A DNA stretch of 64,000 nt from the NCBI RefSeq assembly GCF_006345805.1, contig NC_043003.1, positions 20,956,001-21,020,000 of the forward strand, given 5' to 3'. Below the pieces are notes generated by a model. The model searched no databases and was not told where the DNA came from. It was given only the letters and a program-made list of their open reading frames with translations. Position numbers and translations under genes: made by a program. This document shows positions 12,614 through 27,900 of the stretch, piece after piece; position 1 is the first letter of the stretch, and each line of letters starts with the position of its first letter. The stretch comes from Octopus sinensis. Its lineage: Eukaryota.

Positions 12614-13014
12614 GCTTAGTACTGTTACTATGTAAATCTCTTTCAGAAATTTTAAAACCAGATACTTTAGATTGAATAAGAATTACTTTTCTGGTAATTA
12701 TTCCTCAGTTTAATGATTAGATGTCTCAAAATCCTATCATAACTGTTATTTTTTTCTATGACCAGAAGTATTTTTAACCCTTTGCATAAGGAGAATGGAT
12801 ATATTCTTTTCTTCTTTTACTTGTTTCAGTCATTTGACTGTGGCCATGCTGGAGCATCACCTTAAAGGGTTTTAGTCAAAGGAACTGTAAGCCTAGTACT
12901 TATTCTATTGGTCACTTTAGCCAAACTGCTAAGTTACAGGGACATAAACAGCATTATTTCTTAAGTGATGATGGGGGGGACAAACAAAGACACACACACA
13001 CACACATAAATACA

Positions 13015-13048
<34 letters not shown>

Positions 13049-13494
13049 ATTAGTTAATTTGAAAACAGAGAAGAAAGACATGAAGACACAACATGAGCAC
13101 GTAGCACATGCAAATTATTAATAAGATGCTCAGAGAAGGAAAATCTATGACTGGGCACAGCTGAGATATGACTTCACTGTCACTTCATTCTTTAAGACAG
13201 TTTGATACAATCAAATGAATATCCAACCACTAGTTTAGCCAGGTAGGCCCAAATTCACACATTTACAGCTTAAAATGAACATTGAAATCTATATCTCCTG
13301 CCAAAGCGTTTATTAACATTTATTTTATCCCTGCTGATAAATCTTCTAAATCAACATTTGTGAGCTTCTTGAGTTTTCAAGTTAAAGTTTTAATAAAACG
13401 CATATCTGTCCTGACACGAGCTGATTGCAATACATTTTTTAAAATAAATAATTGGTGAGTAATGTTTATCTTTGATAACATAATTTCACTCTTT

Positions 13495-13506
13495 TATATA
13501 TGTATG

Positions 13507-13540
<34 letters not shown>

Positions 13541-13860
13541 TGTATGTACGTATGGACATACGTACACACATATACATGTATGTATGTATTTATGTATGTA
13601 TGTATGTATGTATACATACATTCACTCACTCACAGATACATACATACATACAAACATACATACATACATACATACAAACACACATACATACATACATACA
13701 TACAAACACACACACATGCATACATACATATATACATACATACATACATACAAACACACACACATGCATACATACATACATACATACATACATACATACA
13801 TACATACATACATACATACATACATACATACATACATACAAATGCATGCACACACACACT
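13495..13860. repeat. Compound (TATG)n/(TACA)n microsatellite
   Basis: Direct inspection; source of the MYVC/HTYI ORFs. Confidence 0.95.
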
Positions 13861-15419
13861 GAAATACACAGATACCTATCTGTGTTATCTTTCTTTGTTT
13901 TATCTTTTACTTGTTTCTGTCATTAGACTTTGACCATTCTGGAGTACTGCCTTGAAGACTTTAGCAAAATAAATCATCCCCCCCCCCCCCCAGTGCTTAT
14001 TTTTCATGTTTGGTACTTATTCTGTTACTCTCTTTTGCCAAACTGCTAAGTCATGAAGACGTAAACAGGTCAACACTAGTTGTCAAATGTTGATGAAGGA
14101 CAGAAAGAAACAAAGACACCCACGCATAAATGTGGGACCCAGGGTAATCAAAAAATGGCCACAGCAAATATTATTTCTAGGATCTTTTACGGTAGTTGAA
14201 CAGCCATTAGTTCAACTGGAAAAAAATCATCCTCCCTCCACTCCACATCAAACTTGGTTTTATGAAGCAGTTTTTTTAAGGCACTTTGTAAAGTTGGATC
14301 ATGCTTTCACTATATCTGCAGCACATTTCCTAGTCTGAGCAGGAAAAAAATAAGCATTTTATTGGTCTCATATACGAAAATTGATGAAAGGTGGCGAGAA
14401 CTTTGTAAAATCGGTGAATTACATCTATCTACCCCCTGCAATCCACTGTATCTTGAGATGCTCCAACACCCCACCACCACTTCTATCTTCTTTCCAGCTA
14501 CTGGCTATAATAACAAGTGTGATCTCTGCATTGCTGAGGTCTTCTTCATTATGCAGTCCACTGATTGTTTAAATGAACAGGACAGCATAATTTTTACTTG
14601 CCAACATAAATTATGCAACTCATTCTCTAACTACAAATAACACCAATCCTCCCCAATCCCATCCCCACATCATCCCCTAACTATCCTCCCTTCCTCCAAC
14701 AGATAACCCTCTTACATATATCTTTACAACAAACAACCTTTTAACCACTGTTATATATTTTCTAAATTCCTCCCTGTTTTCCCTATCCTTTATACTTTAA
14801 GTTTTCATAACTTTTCTATCTCCACATACATCCCATCCACACATAAAAATATGCAGATACCCATGCGTACATACACATCTACTAGATTCTACAGATGCAC
14901 AACATATATGTGCATGTGCACTAATACACACATAATCTCAGATTTAAGCTACAACTACTATTTCCCACTTCACTCACCATCCCTAAATTTTAAATTTAAA
15001 TTATTTCTACCAACTCAAAGGGTGACACTAAGTCTACTATGTTAACCCAAAACACGTTATCTTCCACCCCTCTCTCCTTCAATCCCCCACCTTTTCCATT
15101 TCAAATACCACTCCTATATTTTCATCCTTTGACTCTGTTTAAATGGCTTTATAGAATGTTAGAGTATGTTTACTTATCTATCTCACAAACAACCCATGAA
15201 TGACTCCGACCTAAATTTCATAAAGGCATCTCCCCAGCCAATTTCAGAACCAAACCTTCTCTCCCCCATCCGCCCTATTTTACTCATTTACTCACTTTAC
15301 CTGCCCCACTTTACTCACTTCACTCACTTTACAACTTCTGAGGTTCTACTAGTTATGAAACATATGTAGTGTGGATATTTTGAATATGTATATGTGATAT
15401 ATATTGGGTAAAGACTTCC

Positions 15420-15737
15420 TTCAGTCATGAATAACTATGAGATTGCACCTAGAAAATTCTCCTCCAAGCCAGGGCAAGTTTGTTTATGGAAGACCAGCAG
15501 TTGCCCAAGCATACCAGCCTCTCCTTTCCATGCCACCAGTGTTATCCAAGGGAAAGGCAAAGGCCAATACAGCTTGGCCGCAGTGATGTTGCAACCCATT
15601 TATACAGCTGAGTGAATTGGAGTAACGTGAAACAGTGTCTTGTTCAAGAACACAACACACTGCCTGATCCGGAAATTGAACTCGCTACCTCATGATTGTT
15701 AGCCCGACGCTCTAATCACTGAGCCATGAGCCTTCAC
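15420..15737 (-). mobile_element. tRNA-derived SINE, family C
   Basis: Reverse-complement homologue of 48364-48675. Confidence 0.7.
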
Positions 15738-16607
15738 TGTGATATATATATGTGAGTGTGTGATATACCAAATTCATTGACAAGGCATTAATTGGTCAGG
15801 GACTATACTAGAAGACACTTGCCAAAGGTTCTGCACAGAGAGACTGGAATTGAACACAGAACCAAGAGGTTGCAAAGCAAGCTTCTTAACAACACAACCA
15901 TTACTAAGTCAATGAAACATCACTCTCTTATCTGCAGTGCAGTTTATGACCCAATGAGAAGCTCTAGTTTTACAAGCTTATAGTATAGAGAAATATTTCA
16001 GTTGACTTTGATTCACATGAGTTTTTATCTTGGTTTTGAAACCCAGTAGATCAATTCAATAGTACTTTATCTTAGGTTTATAATTTAGTATTCACCCTTG
16101 ATTATACCCCATTCTCATTATGTGACACTTTTTTTATGCTTCACTACCATTATAAACTCATTTTTTCTTAGTATATTTTTCACAATACAACTACATAGAT
16201 ACTTCAAGTGAAGGTTAACGGCTTTATTAATTAGCTGCAACTATATTTTGCTCGTGGCTGTGACATTTGGTTGCTACTGAAAGTGATAAGGTAAACTTCA
16301 ACTTTGATTACTAAATACGAATGATATATACTATTAAGAGACACAAAAAATAGACAGTTGTAAGTTGTACATAACATATATACAAGTTGTTTTTCATGTG
16401 TATTATTTGTTTTTATAGAATATTTTCTCTTGTTTATAGATTAATATATTCATAACAAATGCCTTAATCTTGCTTAACAAAATATTGTTTACTATTTTTA
16501 AGTGATTTTTTTGTTTATGATTTTCTTATTATAATGTGTATGCTTAAGTCTGCCTTTAAGCTGTAAATATATTTAAGTGCGTAAGTATAACATCACATCT
16601 CCACACA

Positions 16608-16686
<79 letters not shown>

Positions 16687-16869
16687 GGTTCATGCATACA
16701 TACATATATATTTTTATGTGTGTATATGATGATGATATATATATATAAGAAAATAAGGTGACACTGGAATAAACAATTAATTTACAAACTTCACTAGCTT
16801 TTATACACAGATCTATATAGGCATACATATTTATATCTATCGATCTATCTATCTATCTGTCCGTCTTAG

Positions 16870-17255
16870 TTGTGTGGTAAGTAGCTTGCTTACTAATCAC
16901 ATGGTTCCAGGTTCAGTCCCACTGCGTGGCACTTTGGGCAAATGTCTTCTACTATAGCCTCAGGCCGACCAAAGCTTTGTGAGTGGATTTGGTAGATGGA
17001 AACTGAAAGAAGCCTGTCGTATATATGTATATGTACACATATATGTGTATGTGTTTGTGTGTCTGTGTTTGTCGCTCCAACATTGCTTGACAACTGATGG
17101 TGGTGTGTTTACATCTCTGTAACTTAGCGGTTCAGCAAAAGAGACCGATAGAATAAGTACTAGGCTTACAAAGAATAAGTCCTGGGATCGATTTGCTCGA
17201 CTAAAGGCAGTGCTCCAGCATGGCCACAGTCAAATGACTGAAACAAGTAATAGAG
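16870..17255 (+). mobile_element. SINE family A copy
   Basis: Homologous to 1771-2187. Confidence 0.8.
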
Positions 17256-17639
17256 TATACATACACACACAGATGAATGATAAACTTTAGTGCATTATTT
17301 ATCTATATTTATTTCTTTTCTGTCCTACTTATTAATAACATAAAGACATAATTTCTCACCATATAGTTCAAAGGTAAGCCATAAGCACAGCTTCTTTTGA
17401 AAGCAAAAATGCAAAAGTACATGTTTATCATTAGCTATATTTTCTATGATAAACTTTGTGAGCATGTGTGTGTCTATTTCTGTCTGTCTGTTTGTCTCCC
17501 TGCCTCTCTCTCTCTCTCTCTCTCTCTGTATGTATGTATGTATGTATGTATGTGCGTGTGTGTGTGTATGTATGTATGTATGAATGTATGTATGAATTTT
17601 TATGCCCGGGCAATGACCTCCCTCGAATATTTTGTTCGC

Positions 17640-18440
17640 GTACCACCGGCACAAGTGCCAGTAAGGTGACGCTGGTAACGATCACACTCAAATGGTGCTT
17701 TTTACGTGCCACCAGCACAGAAGCCAGACAGCTGCTCTGGCAGTGATCCTGCTCGGATGGAGGTATTAGCACTCCACTGGCACGGGTGCCAGTCATCGAA
17801 TTTGGTTCAATTTCGATTTCACTTGCCCCAACAGGTCTTCACAAGCAGAGTTTAGTGTCCAATGAAGGAAAGTTGGCATGGGTGCCAGTCGTCAAATTTG
17901 GTTTGATTTCGAATTTGATTTCACTTGCCTCAGCAGGTCTTCGCAAGTGGAGTTTTGTGTCCAAAGAAGGAAAAGTACGCATAAGTGGGCTGGCTACACC
18001 TCTGGTAAAGGCCATGGCTTATGGTCTCACTTGTTTTGCCAGGTCTCTTCAAGCACAGCATATTTCCAAAGGTCTTGTCACTAGTCATTGCCTCTGTGAG
18101 GCCTATTGTTTGAAGGTCATGCTTCACCCACCACCTCATCCCAGGTATTCCTGGGTCTACCTCTTTCACAGGTTCCCTCAACTGCTACGGTGTGGCACTT
18201 TTTCACACAGCTATCCTCATCCATTCTTGCCACATGACCATACCAGTGCAGTCGTCTCTCTTGCACACCACATCTGATGCTTCTTAGGTCCAACTTGTCT
18301 TAGTCACTAGTCATTGCCTCAGCAAGGCTTAATGTTCGAAGGTCGTGCTTCACCACCTCATCCCAGGTCTTCCTGGGTCTACCTCTTCCACAGGTTCCCT
18401 CAACCGCTAGGGTGTGGAACTTTTTCACATCCATTACATG
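17640..18440 (-). mobile_element. RTE LINE 3' fragment (degenerate) with partial duplication
   Basis: rc encodes [27 protein letters not shown]...GRPRNTWDEV; same family as the 52-kb copy; 18300-18430 repeats part of 18080-18210. Confidence 0.85.
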
Positions 18441-18699
18441 CTTTGACTACCCTGATTTTTTATCTACCCATTTCTAAAAGCAGGATACTGAGGTACGTCA
18501 AATGACATCTAATAACCAAGGAGAGTCAGGAAGGACTAACTGTTCTAGTTACCTTCTGGGTGTTCAGTATTCTCTTCTAGAAAGTCTGAATCATCACAAA
18601 CATATGAAACACAACATAAGTCACTGGTGCTGCTTACCACATGTGTTTATTACTCTTTTCTTTGCTTGCATTTGTAAACATTCTTCCGCCTGTTATCAC

Positions 18700-18935
18700 C
18701 ACCTACTATAATGGAAGGACCATGAGGGTAGCCCTCAGGAACCACCTCCTCCATAGGATCCTGTAAGAAGTAACTGTCAGTGCACTTTCCCAAGCAGATA
18801 TTATCAACCATCTCAGAATTAGTCTGCCCTTAAGTCTCCAACCAGTTGGCTTGGCTTGAAGAATCTGATTTGCGATCCTTTCCTGAGGCATTCTAACCAT
18901 ATGTCCATAGTACTGTAGCTGTGGTCTCTCAGTGT
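18700..18935 (-). mobile_element. RTE-type LINE ORF C-terminal remnant
   Basis: rc QLQYYGHMVRMPQERIANQILQAKPTGWRLKGR. Confidence 0.65.
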
Positions 18936-18964
18936 ATTTACTTATTTATATGTATTTATTATAA

Positions 18965-19413
18965 ACTAGCAGTATAGCCCAGCGTTGCTTGGGTTTGTTT
19001 TTTAGTTGCGCTGAAAATGGCAGACTTTGATGTCATGTTAACAAAGTTTTGATATAGTTTCAATCTTTTTTGAAAAGTAAAAATTTTGCATTATGTAGCT
19101 TGTTATTCTCTTTAAGTGAACGTTTTTCTGGTTGAAATATACCGAAAAATGGCAACACAGCAGTCAACAAATTGTAAAAAATAGGGATTTTCATAGAAAA
19201 AAAGCACCTTTTTTATGTAAATAATTTTTGATCTTAACATGGTCCAATTTGAATTTTTTCTTCAACGGAATGAAAAGCCAGCCTTTTTCTATCATACTCT
19301 CAATTTTGGTCAACTTGTGCCACAGGGTCTCAGAGGAGATAGTGTTAGTTGAAGGCTACCAAACCTGCCACACACACACACACACAGACAACTTCAGCTT
19401 TATATGTATAGAT
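18965..19413 (+). mobile_element. DINE-1/HINE-like non-autonomous Helitron-related element
   Basis: Starts actagcagtatagcccagcgttgc, ends (ca)n-gacaacttcagctttatatgtatagat followed by ttt; lies about 135 bp upstream of the exon-1 acceptor. Confidence 0.6.
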
Positions 19414-19553
19414 TTTCAGTTATATGCATTTATTTATACATTTTAAAATTAGCCATCTCAGAAATGATGTGTGAAATACGTTTGCAAAATGTAATCTCAT
19501 CAGGTAGTTTCACATGCTTCCGATTAAAAATGTCCCTTCTTTTTCAGTGAAAG

Positions 19554-19781
19554 ATGGAAGAAACAATTCGTAAATACTGTCAGCACTATATACCTGAGGA
19601 CATGTGTCCTTACATTAAGTCAGGGTTTTTAGCAATCCTGGTGGTGTCAGGTACAGCCTTTCTGTTTAGTTTATTCAACAGACTACGCATGCGTGGGAAA
19701 GTCAAAAGAGCTATGGAGGAAGCCCGCAGTAAACGTGCAGAACAACTAAAGTCTTTAAAGGAAAAGTTACAGAAATCAAGT
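19554..19781 (+). CDS. FAAH: Copy 2 coding exon 1 (start codon, TM anchor)
   Basis: Acceptor ttttcag at 19547, ATG at 19554, donor AGT|gtaagt; hydrophobic stretch [18 protein letters not shown] followed by basic residues. The acceptor implies an upstream non-coding exon. Confidence 0.85.
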
Positions 19782-21887
19782 GTAAGTATTTGAAATATAT
19801 ATTTCTGTATTTCTCTCTCACATCACTTCTCTTTCTCTCTCTCTCTCTATATATATATATATCTCATGCTACCCTTCCCTTCACTCACTTAAGCTCTTGC
19901 CTCCTATGGAGCTTAGGCCACTGACAACTTTTCTTTATTGTTCTTGACTCTTGGTAGTTTTTTCTGCTCCCTTCCAGTTGAATCCTTGCTCATCTTTATC
20001 TTCCTTGCAGTTTCCTTTTTTTTATTTAGTGGTATGGTATTCCCTGAGGAAGGTCCTCCTCTCTCAAGTCTTGTTGGCTTTGAATTATCATCAATGCTTC
20101 TTTGGCCCTACACAAACCCACATTAGTATAACCTCTATCCTTTGACCCTGTCCAGTATGGGAGGCCCTATCAAGGGGATTGAACATTACTGGTATAACTC
20201 TCAGAGTCAGTGGGGCACACAAGCCATAACACTGCAACAAGTGTTGGACATTCTGTTGGCATGTTACCCATTATTTTCTTAGCCATATTTTTATCTCCCT
20301 TACTCTTTTATTTTCTGTATCTTTTACTTTCTACTTGTTTCAGTCATTAAACTGTGGCCATGCTGGGGCACTGCCTTAAATAATTTTTAGTTGAATGAAT
20401 CGACCCCAGTACATTTTTTCATTGCTTGGCACTTATTTTATTGATCTTATATGCCAAACTGCTAAGTTACCAGGACATAAATGAACCAGCACTGGTTGTC
20501 AGGCAGTGATGTGGTGAACAAACACAGACACACACAACTAGATATATACATATATATCTGTTTAACAATGTCCCAAAAGATATCAAAGAGGAAAAGGATC
20601 CCATCACCTTGAAACGGAGTCTGAACAGATTTCTTCAAGGAATACCGGATAAGCCACCCATACCTGGATACAACTCACTCAACAAGAACTCACTATTTGA
20701 ATGGACCATAAAAAAAAACTTGACTTAAACAGGATTTAGACAATCCTATCAGGTGGTGCTATTAAGTTAGACATGGCCAGGACCAATCTTTTGTCAAAAC
20801 ATATCTAAGTTTATCTTAGTTTATATGTATATATACAGTGGGCTTCTTTCAGTTTCCATCTACCAAATCCACGCACAAGGCTTTGGTCAACCCAAGACAC
20901 TTGCCCAAGGTGCCATGCAGTGGGACTGAACCCAGAACCATGTGGTTGGGTAGCAAGCTTCTTACCACACAGCCATGACTACACCTGGTTTATTCTTATT
21001 TTTCTCATTAGTTTTTCTTTTTCTGAATCTCAACTAATTAGCCTTGGCTCCACTTGACAAACAACTGATAGCCAGTGTTTCATTCTTATATATGTCACAT
21101 ATCATATTTGCATTCATTCTTCCTTTGCTATCAGTATGCTGTGTCACTCTTACTGGGGTGAATGCAGCATTCAGTGACTAAATTCATTGACTGAAATAAG
21201 TACAGCAGCATTTTGGGCAAATATCTTTGACTATAGCTACAAGCTGACCAAAAGCCTAATGAGTAAAACTGATAGGAAACTGAAAGAAGCCCATCATGTG
21301 TGAAGCTTGCCGCCCAACCACATGGTTCTGGGTTCAGTCCCACTGTGTGGCACCTTGGGCAAATGTCTTCTTCTATAGCCTCAGGCCAACCAAAGCCTTG
21401 TGAGTGGAATTCGAGGACAGAAACTGAAAGAAGGTGGCGATTGGCAGAAACGTTAGCACACGGTCGAAATCTTAGCGGTATTTCGTCTGCCGTTACGTTC
21501 TGAGTTCAAATTCCGCCAAGGTCGACTTTGCCTTTCATCCTTTTGGGGTCGATAAATTAAGTACTAGTTATGCACTGGGGTCGATGTTATCGACTTAATC
21601 CCTTTGTCTGTCCTTGTTTGTCCCCTCTATGTTTAGCCATTTGTGGGCAATAAAGAAATAAGAAACCCCGTCATATATATTGTGTGTTTTGTGTCCCCTG
21701 TGTTTGTCTCCCTACCATTACTTGACAACTGATGTTGGTATGTTTATGTCCCCATAACTTAGCAGTTAGAATAAGTACTTGGCTTACAAAGAATAAGTCT
21801 TGGGGTCAATTTCTTCAAGTAAAACCCTTTAATGTGGTGCTCCAGCATGGCCACAGTCAAATGGCTGAAATGAGTAAAAGAATAAAA

Positions 21888-21921
<34 letters not shown>

Positions 21922-24900
21922 AAGGCAACTCCAGGTCATCAGTGTACTCAGGCTCATCACAGATTTTGCATAAGACACAAGCCTAAAGAAGGTAAGAGAC
22001 CTAATGCACACTGCAGATTTATGTGTGCACTGATAATTTAACAATAAGACAGAAATAAAGTTTTATATGGTCTTTCTCAATTTTAAGTTAAGGGTCAAAA
22101 TAAAGCAACCCTGTAAAACACAAATTAATGCCTGATTAATTCAAACGATGTGAATAATCGACGTTACATTTGACAGAATAATCTGAACGCTAAAGGGTTA
22201 AAACATTGAAGCTCTCACTAGCAAAGTCAGTAATGAAGAATCCTTCTTCATGCACTATAGCAGGAATTCTAAAAAAAAATCTTTCTTCTTTTTCTTTTTC
22301 TTACTCTTTTAAAACTTCATCATATCTAATTGTGAATAATGTCTATTGCTACTGAACCTTCAGTCATGTGTGCTTGTTGTAAAATTCATTGGACATTTGA
22401 ACTATTTTATTGTCTGTTTCTGTGTCAAGACAGTGAGCTGGTTGAATTCTGCCAGTGGTGAGCTGGCAGAATGGTTAGCATGCTTGGAAAAATGCTTAGA
22501 TGCATTTCGTCGGTCTTCTTGTTTCTGTGTTCAAATTCTGCCGAGGTCAACTTTGTCCTTTCGTCTTTTCAGTGTCAATAAGTACCAGTTGAATACAGGG
22601 ATTGATGTGATCAACTTACCCCACTCCCAAAATGACTGGTCTTGTTCCAAAATTTGAAATCATTATTTCCTATTTCTGGGAAATGTATTGAATATTGGAA
22701 TTTGTATGAGCATTTGGTTTTTTTTAAGCATGTTTTCTGAATTTTCTCTCACACCTTTATGCCCTATCAAACTTTTTTTATTTACCATTGTAAAGCAAAA
22801 ACTTTTTGAAGAGAATTCTTGTATTAGTTCCTTCCCCTTCTACAATTACACTAGTTCATGTTCTTTTCTCTTCTACTTCTTGTTCTCATGGTTCTGTGTT
22901 CTTTCTCAGTTGCAGCCAGTTTTTCTAACTTTAAGGAAGTTGTACCTCTGGAGGCTAATTATGCTGATAATAAAAAAACACACACACTGTTCTGTTTCCC
23001 TTGTTTTATTATTCTTTCATAAGTCAAATTCAAACTTGTAAATCCAGGAATAAAATATTAAAATACTTTTTATTCTTTTCATACAAGGTATTTTTCAACC
23101 CAATTCTTTATATTTTTCAGCTTACTGAAGAAATGAGAAAAAAATTCTATCATTAGACATTGTCCAACTTCGAGACGACTCAAAGACCGTTCATTAAAGC
23201 CATTGATGTTCTTCATGCTTATCAATACAAGGTATTTTTACTTTTATTACTTTGAATTTTTTTCTGATTACTTTCTTTTTAAAAACATTCTTATATTTTA
23301 TTCACTTGTATCATTATAAAGCAAGCTTGAAAGAAGTGCTAAAACTTTGAATCTTCCTAATAAGAACCTTTAGCCATTACCAGCTGCCAGTTGTAATTGC
23401 TGGAGGCCCCTAAAAAACAGGTCATTTACAAAGATTATTGGTAATTTACAGAACAAAATTGTAGTAAAGTTGAAAATATAAGGAATAAAAACTGATATAT
23501 CAGGTTACAGGCCTAGCTGTGTGATTAAGAAGTTGGCTTTGCAACCATAAGTTTTCACCTTTAGTCCCATTGTGCACCACCTTGGGGCCATGGGCAATGT
23601 CTTCCACTATAGCCTTGGGCTTCCCATTGTCTTGTGAGTGAATTTAGTAAATGGAATCTGTGTAGAAGCATGTTCGTCATCATCATCATCATCATCATCC
23701 TTTAACGTTTGTTTTCCATGCTGGCATGGGTTGGATACTGGCTTTGGTTGGACATATGTATGTGTGTGTGTATGTCTTTGTGTTTGTGTTTCTACCACCA
23801 CCATCTGACAACTAGTGTTGGTTTGTTTATGTCCATGTAACTTAAAAGTTCAACAAAAGCAACCACTGGGATAAAATAATTATCAGATTAAAAAAGAAAA
23901 AATGTACTGGAATCAATTTGTTTCGCTGAACCTTTCAGGGCAGTGCCCCAGTATGACCATGGCCGATGATTAAAACAAGTAAACGATAAAAATATCACTG
24001 TCTTTAAATATTGTTGTCAAAAAAATGAAAGGGGATAAAAGTGAATATTTTTGAAAGTAGGCTTTACAATCATAAAGTGATAAAACACTTTATGATTGTG
24101 AAGCCTACTTAGTTCTTGAGAGTGTAGGGGAGAGAGGAGAGAGAGAGAGACATATAGTGATAAGGGAGGAGGTGTTCAAAGTTACATAAGTTTAAATGTC
24201 CTAAGTGATGAACCAGGTGGAGGGAGGTGGTAGTTGATGGTGATAAGAGATGGAATATAAGGGTCATGATACTGTGCTCTGAGTCACTGGACCCTAGTTG
24301 AACTGACAATGCACAGCGTAGAAGCTGGGTGTTAAAGGATGATGCTGATGATACCAATGATATATATAATATATATTGTACTGTGACCCCTTCGGTCATG
24401 AATGACCATGGGATTGCACCTAGAAAGTTACCCTCCGAGGCACAAGTCTGGGCAAGGTTGTTTATGGAAGATCAGCAGTCACCATGCATACAAGCTCCCC
24501 CCTCTCCACACACCATTGTTATCACAACGGAAAGGCAAAGGCCAATACAGTTTGGTACCAGTGACGTCGTCGAGCTCATTTATTAATATGCAAGTGGCTG
24601 AGCACTCCACAGACACGTGTACCCTTAACGTAGTTCTCGGGGAGATTCAGCGTGACACAGAGTGTGACAAGGCTGGCCCTTTGAAATACAAGTACAACAG
24701 AAACAGAAAGAAAGAGTGAAAGAAAGTTGTGGGGAAAGAGTACAGCAGAGTTCACCACCACCCGCTGCCCAGAGCCTCATGGAGTTTCAGGTGTTTTCGT
24801 TCAATAAACACTCACAATGCCCGGTCTGGGAATCAAACACCGCGATCCTACGACCGTGAGTCTGCTGCCCTAACCACTGGGCCATTGTGCCTCCACAATG

Positions 24901-27900
24901 ATATTTATAAATATAATTATAATTAGGGGCATAGAAAATAATTCTTGCCTATATACTGAAAGGAGAACACTAAATTGTTGAACCACATCAAATATCATCA
25001 CTGTTATTATTACACACGTGTCAAAAATCGATATTTGGGGTACTCATATGCATTCATGACATTGTATCTGCTTTTCTGTGGGTATACTCTATCTTTTTTT
25101 TACCTCTTTTACTTGTTGTCAAGTCATTTGACAGCGGCCATGCTGGAGCACCACCTTTAGTCGAGCAAATCGACCCCAGGACTTATTCTTGTAAGCCTAT
25201 ACTTATTCTATCGGTCTCTTTTGCCGAACCGCTAAGTTATGGGGATGTAAACACAACCAGCATCGATTGTCAAGCCAAGGTGCCACGCAGTGGGACTGAA
25301 CCCAGATTTAACTCACGATATTGCAGAGCAAATTGTGAACTGCCAGCTATATCAGACTGCTACTATTTATATGTAGTGGTCCTGTCTATTCTCATCAGAG
25401 AGTGTCATACTCCCACTACAACAGTAACAAAGCTTAGTTTTAAAAAATTACACATTTCACTCACCACCACCTTCCCCTCCGCCTCTCTTTCTCTTCCCCT
25501 CTCCTTCCATCCCACCCTTCCTCCTCTTCCCCTCCCCTCTCCTTCCTACCTGTCCCCATTCCCCTCCGTCTTCAACTAATCACATGGAAGCATTACAGAT
25601 GGGCTAAGTAGCAGAGTGACAAGCAAATTATTTATACGATAACTGTTACCCTTTCCTCACCTCAAAAATGTCAGCTTTTTTGCCAATATTATAAATCACG
25701 ATTTAGCATGCTTACTTCTAATTTTCTACAACAGGGCACTTGAAGCACAAGAGAAGATCAATTGTAATAACTGCAATAATTCCTGAAGCTGAGGTAAGAG
25801 TATTTGATCTATTCTGTATTTATTCTCCTAGTAGACTACAATTGAAAATCTCTATTAGAAATGAAAGTATTAACTTGCAGAGATAACCAGTTAGAGGAGG
25901 TTCCTCCTGGTGTTAAAAATCAGTAGTACGTTGGTTCTTATGGAACAGCTATATAAAGTGGCAATATATAAACAGTACTTACTACTTCTTAGTAGAGTTT
26001 ACTACTTTCATTCAGCTCTTATAGAGATTTTCAAACTAGCTGCTTTGGCTTTTCTTTTTCTATATATTGTGAGCTGGAGCAGATTACTACTGCTATCTCT
26101 AGCAGATGGGTATCCACCACTGAGGATGAACACAGATATTTGAAACTTTGTCGCTGTTGCTAGACGATGATAGGAGTTTCACTCCTCTATATCAGGTGCC
26201 AAAATCCGTTTTCTATGCTGGCATGGGTTGTACAGTTTGACAGGAGCTGGCAAGTCAGAGGGCTGCATCAGGCTCCAGTCATCTGGTTTGGCATAGTTTC
26301 TACAGCCGGATGCCCTTCCTAATACCAGCCACTTTACAGAGTGTACTGGAAGCCTTATTACATGGGGCCAGCATGGATGCTTTATATGTGGCACCAGCAC
26401 AGCTGCTTTCCCCCTGATGCCAGCAAGAGTGCTTCCTATGTGGTGCCAACAATGGTGCTTTTTTATGTGGAACCAGCATGGATGCTTTTTATGTGTGTAG
26501 GTACAGGTTATTTATACATGACACCAGCATGGTTGCTTTTACATGGCACTGGTTATGCTACCTCTTGGATCACTTTTATGATAAACACCTGCACCAATTA
26601 CATCAATTCTAGATTTTACCTTCAATGGCAATGGCGATTCTGTAAAAGTTTCCTTGAGCTATCAGAGAGCATAGTTTGAATGCAAATAAATCTTTTATTT
26701 TTTACTTGATTGAGGGAGGTTAGACTGTGACCATGATGGGGTACTGTTTTGAAGAATTTTTAGTCAAATGTATCAACCACAGTACTTACTTTTTATAAGC
26801 TTGGTACTTATTTATTGGTCTTTTTTTGCTGAACTGTTTAAGTTACGGGGATGTAAACACACCAGCACTAGTTGTCAAGCAGGGTGGGAAAACAAACACA
26901 GATACAAAGACACACAGATTATTATATATAATATATATATATATTATATATATCACCGTGATCACCGTGATTGACCAGGCTATCAGATGTTGCTACTCAT
27001 CGCTGGTCACAATGCGCTTCGCATTGTTTTAGCCTTTAAATGACGCCACCCCACTGGCTAAGTGAGCAGGCCTATGTATGTATGTATGTATGTATGTATG
27101 CATGCATGCATGCAATGTATGTATGTATGTATGTATGTATGTGTATGTATGTATGTATGTATGTATGTATGTATGTGTGTGTGTATGAATGCATGAATGA
27201 ATGACAGGCTTCTATCAGTTTCTGTCTACCAAATCCACTGGCAAGGCTTTGGTCAGCCTGAGGCTATAGTAGAAAACTCTTGCCCAAGGTACCATGCAGT
27301 AGGACTGAATCTGGAACCATGTGATTGCAAAGCAAGCCTCTTACCACAGAGCCATGCTTGCAATTAAAAATGCTAATGATTTTGTTTTTTTTTTCACAGG
27401 AATTAGCTCTGAAATGTGATTCTGTCCCATAGTGACCAAACCTCTTCATGGAATTCCAATCAGCCTCAAAGAAAAACATAATCTACAAGGTTGGTTCCTT
27501 ATTTCTTTTGTCCTTTATTTATTTATTCTTTTTCTTGTTTCAGTCAGTGAACCAAAGCCATGCTGGAGCAGTGCCTTGGAGGATTTAGTTGAACAAACTG
27601 ATCCTAGTTGTTTATTTTTAAACCTGGTACCTGTTTTATTGGTCTCTATTGCTGTAGTGCTAAGTTATGGGGATGTAAAGAAACCGATACTAGTTGTCAC
27701 ATGGTGGAGGGTGGGACAAACACAAACCCAAACGCACAAACATACAGGCTCACACAAACACACACACAAACACAAATACACATAGACATACACACACAAA
27801 CACACACATGCATATGACGGGCTTCCACACAATTTCTATTTACTAAATTCACTCACAAGGCATGGATTGTCCTGGGGCTATAATAGAAAGACACTTGTCA

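Noticed and set aside
13462-13933. Overlapping 77-154-aa ORFs (MYVC/HTYI repeats)
   Set aside because: Translations of (TATG)/(TACA) microsatellites; the same applies at 17.4, 31.4, 44.5 and 62.7 kb.
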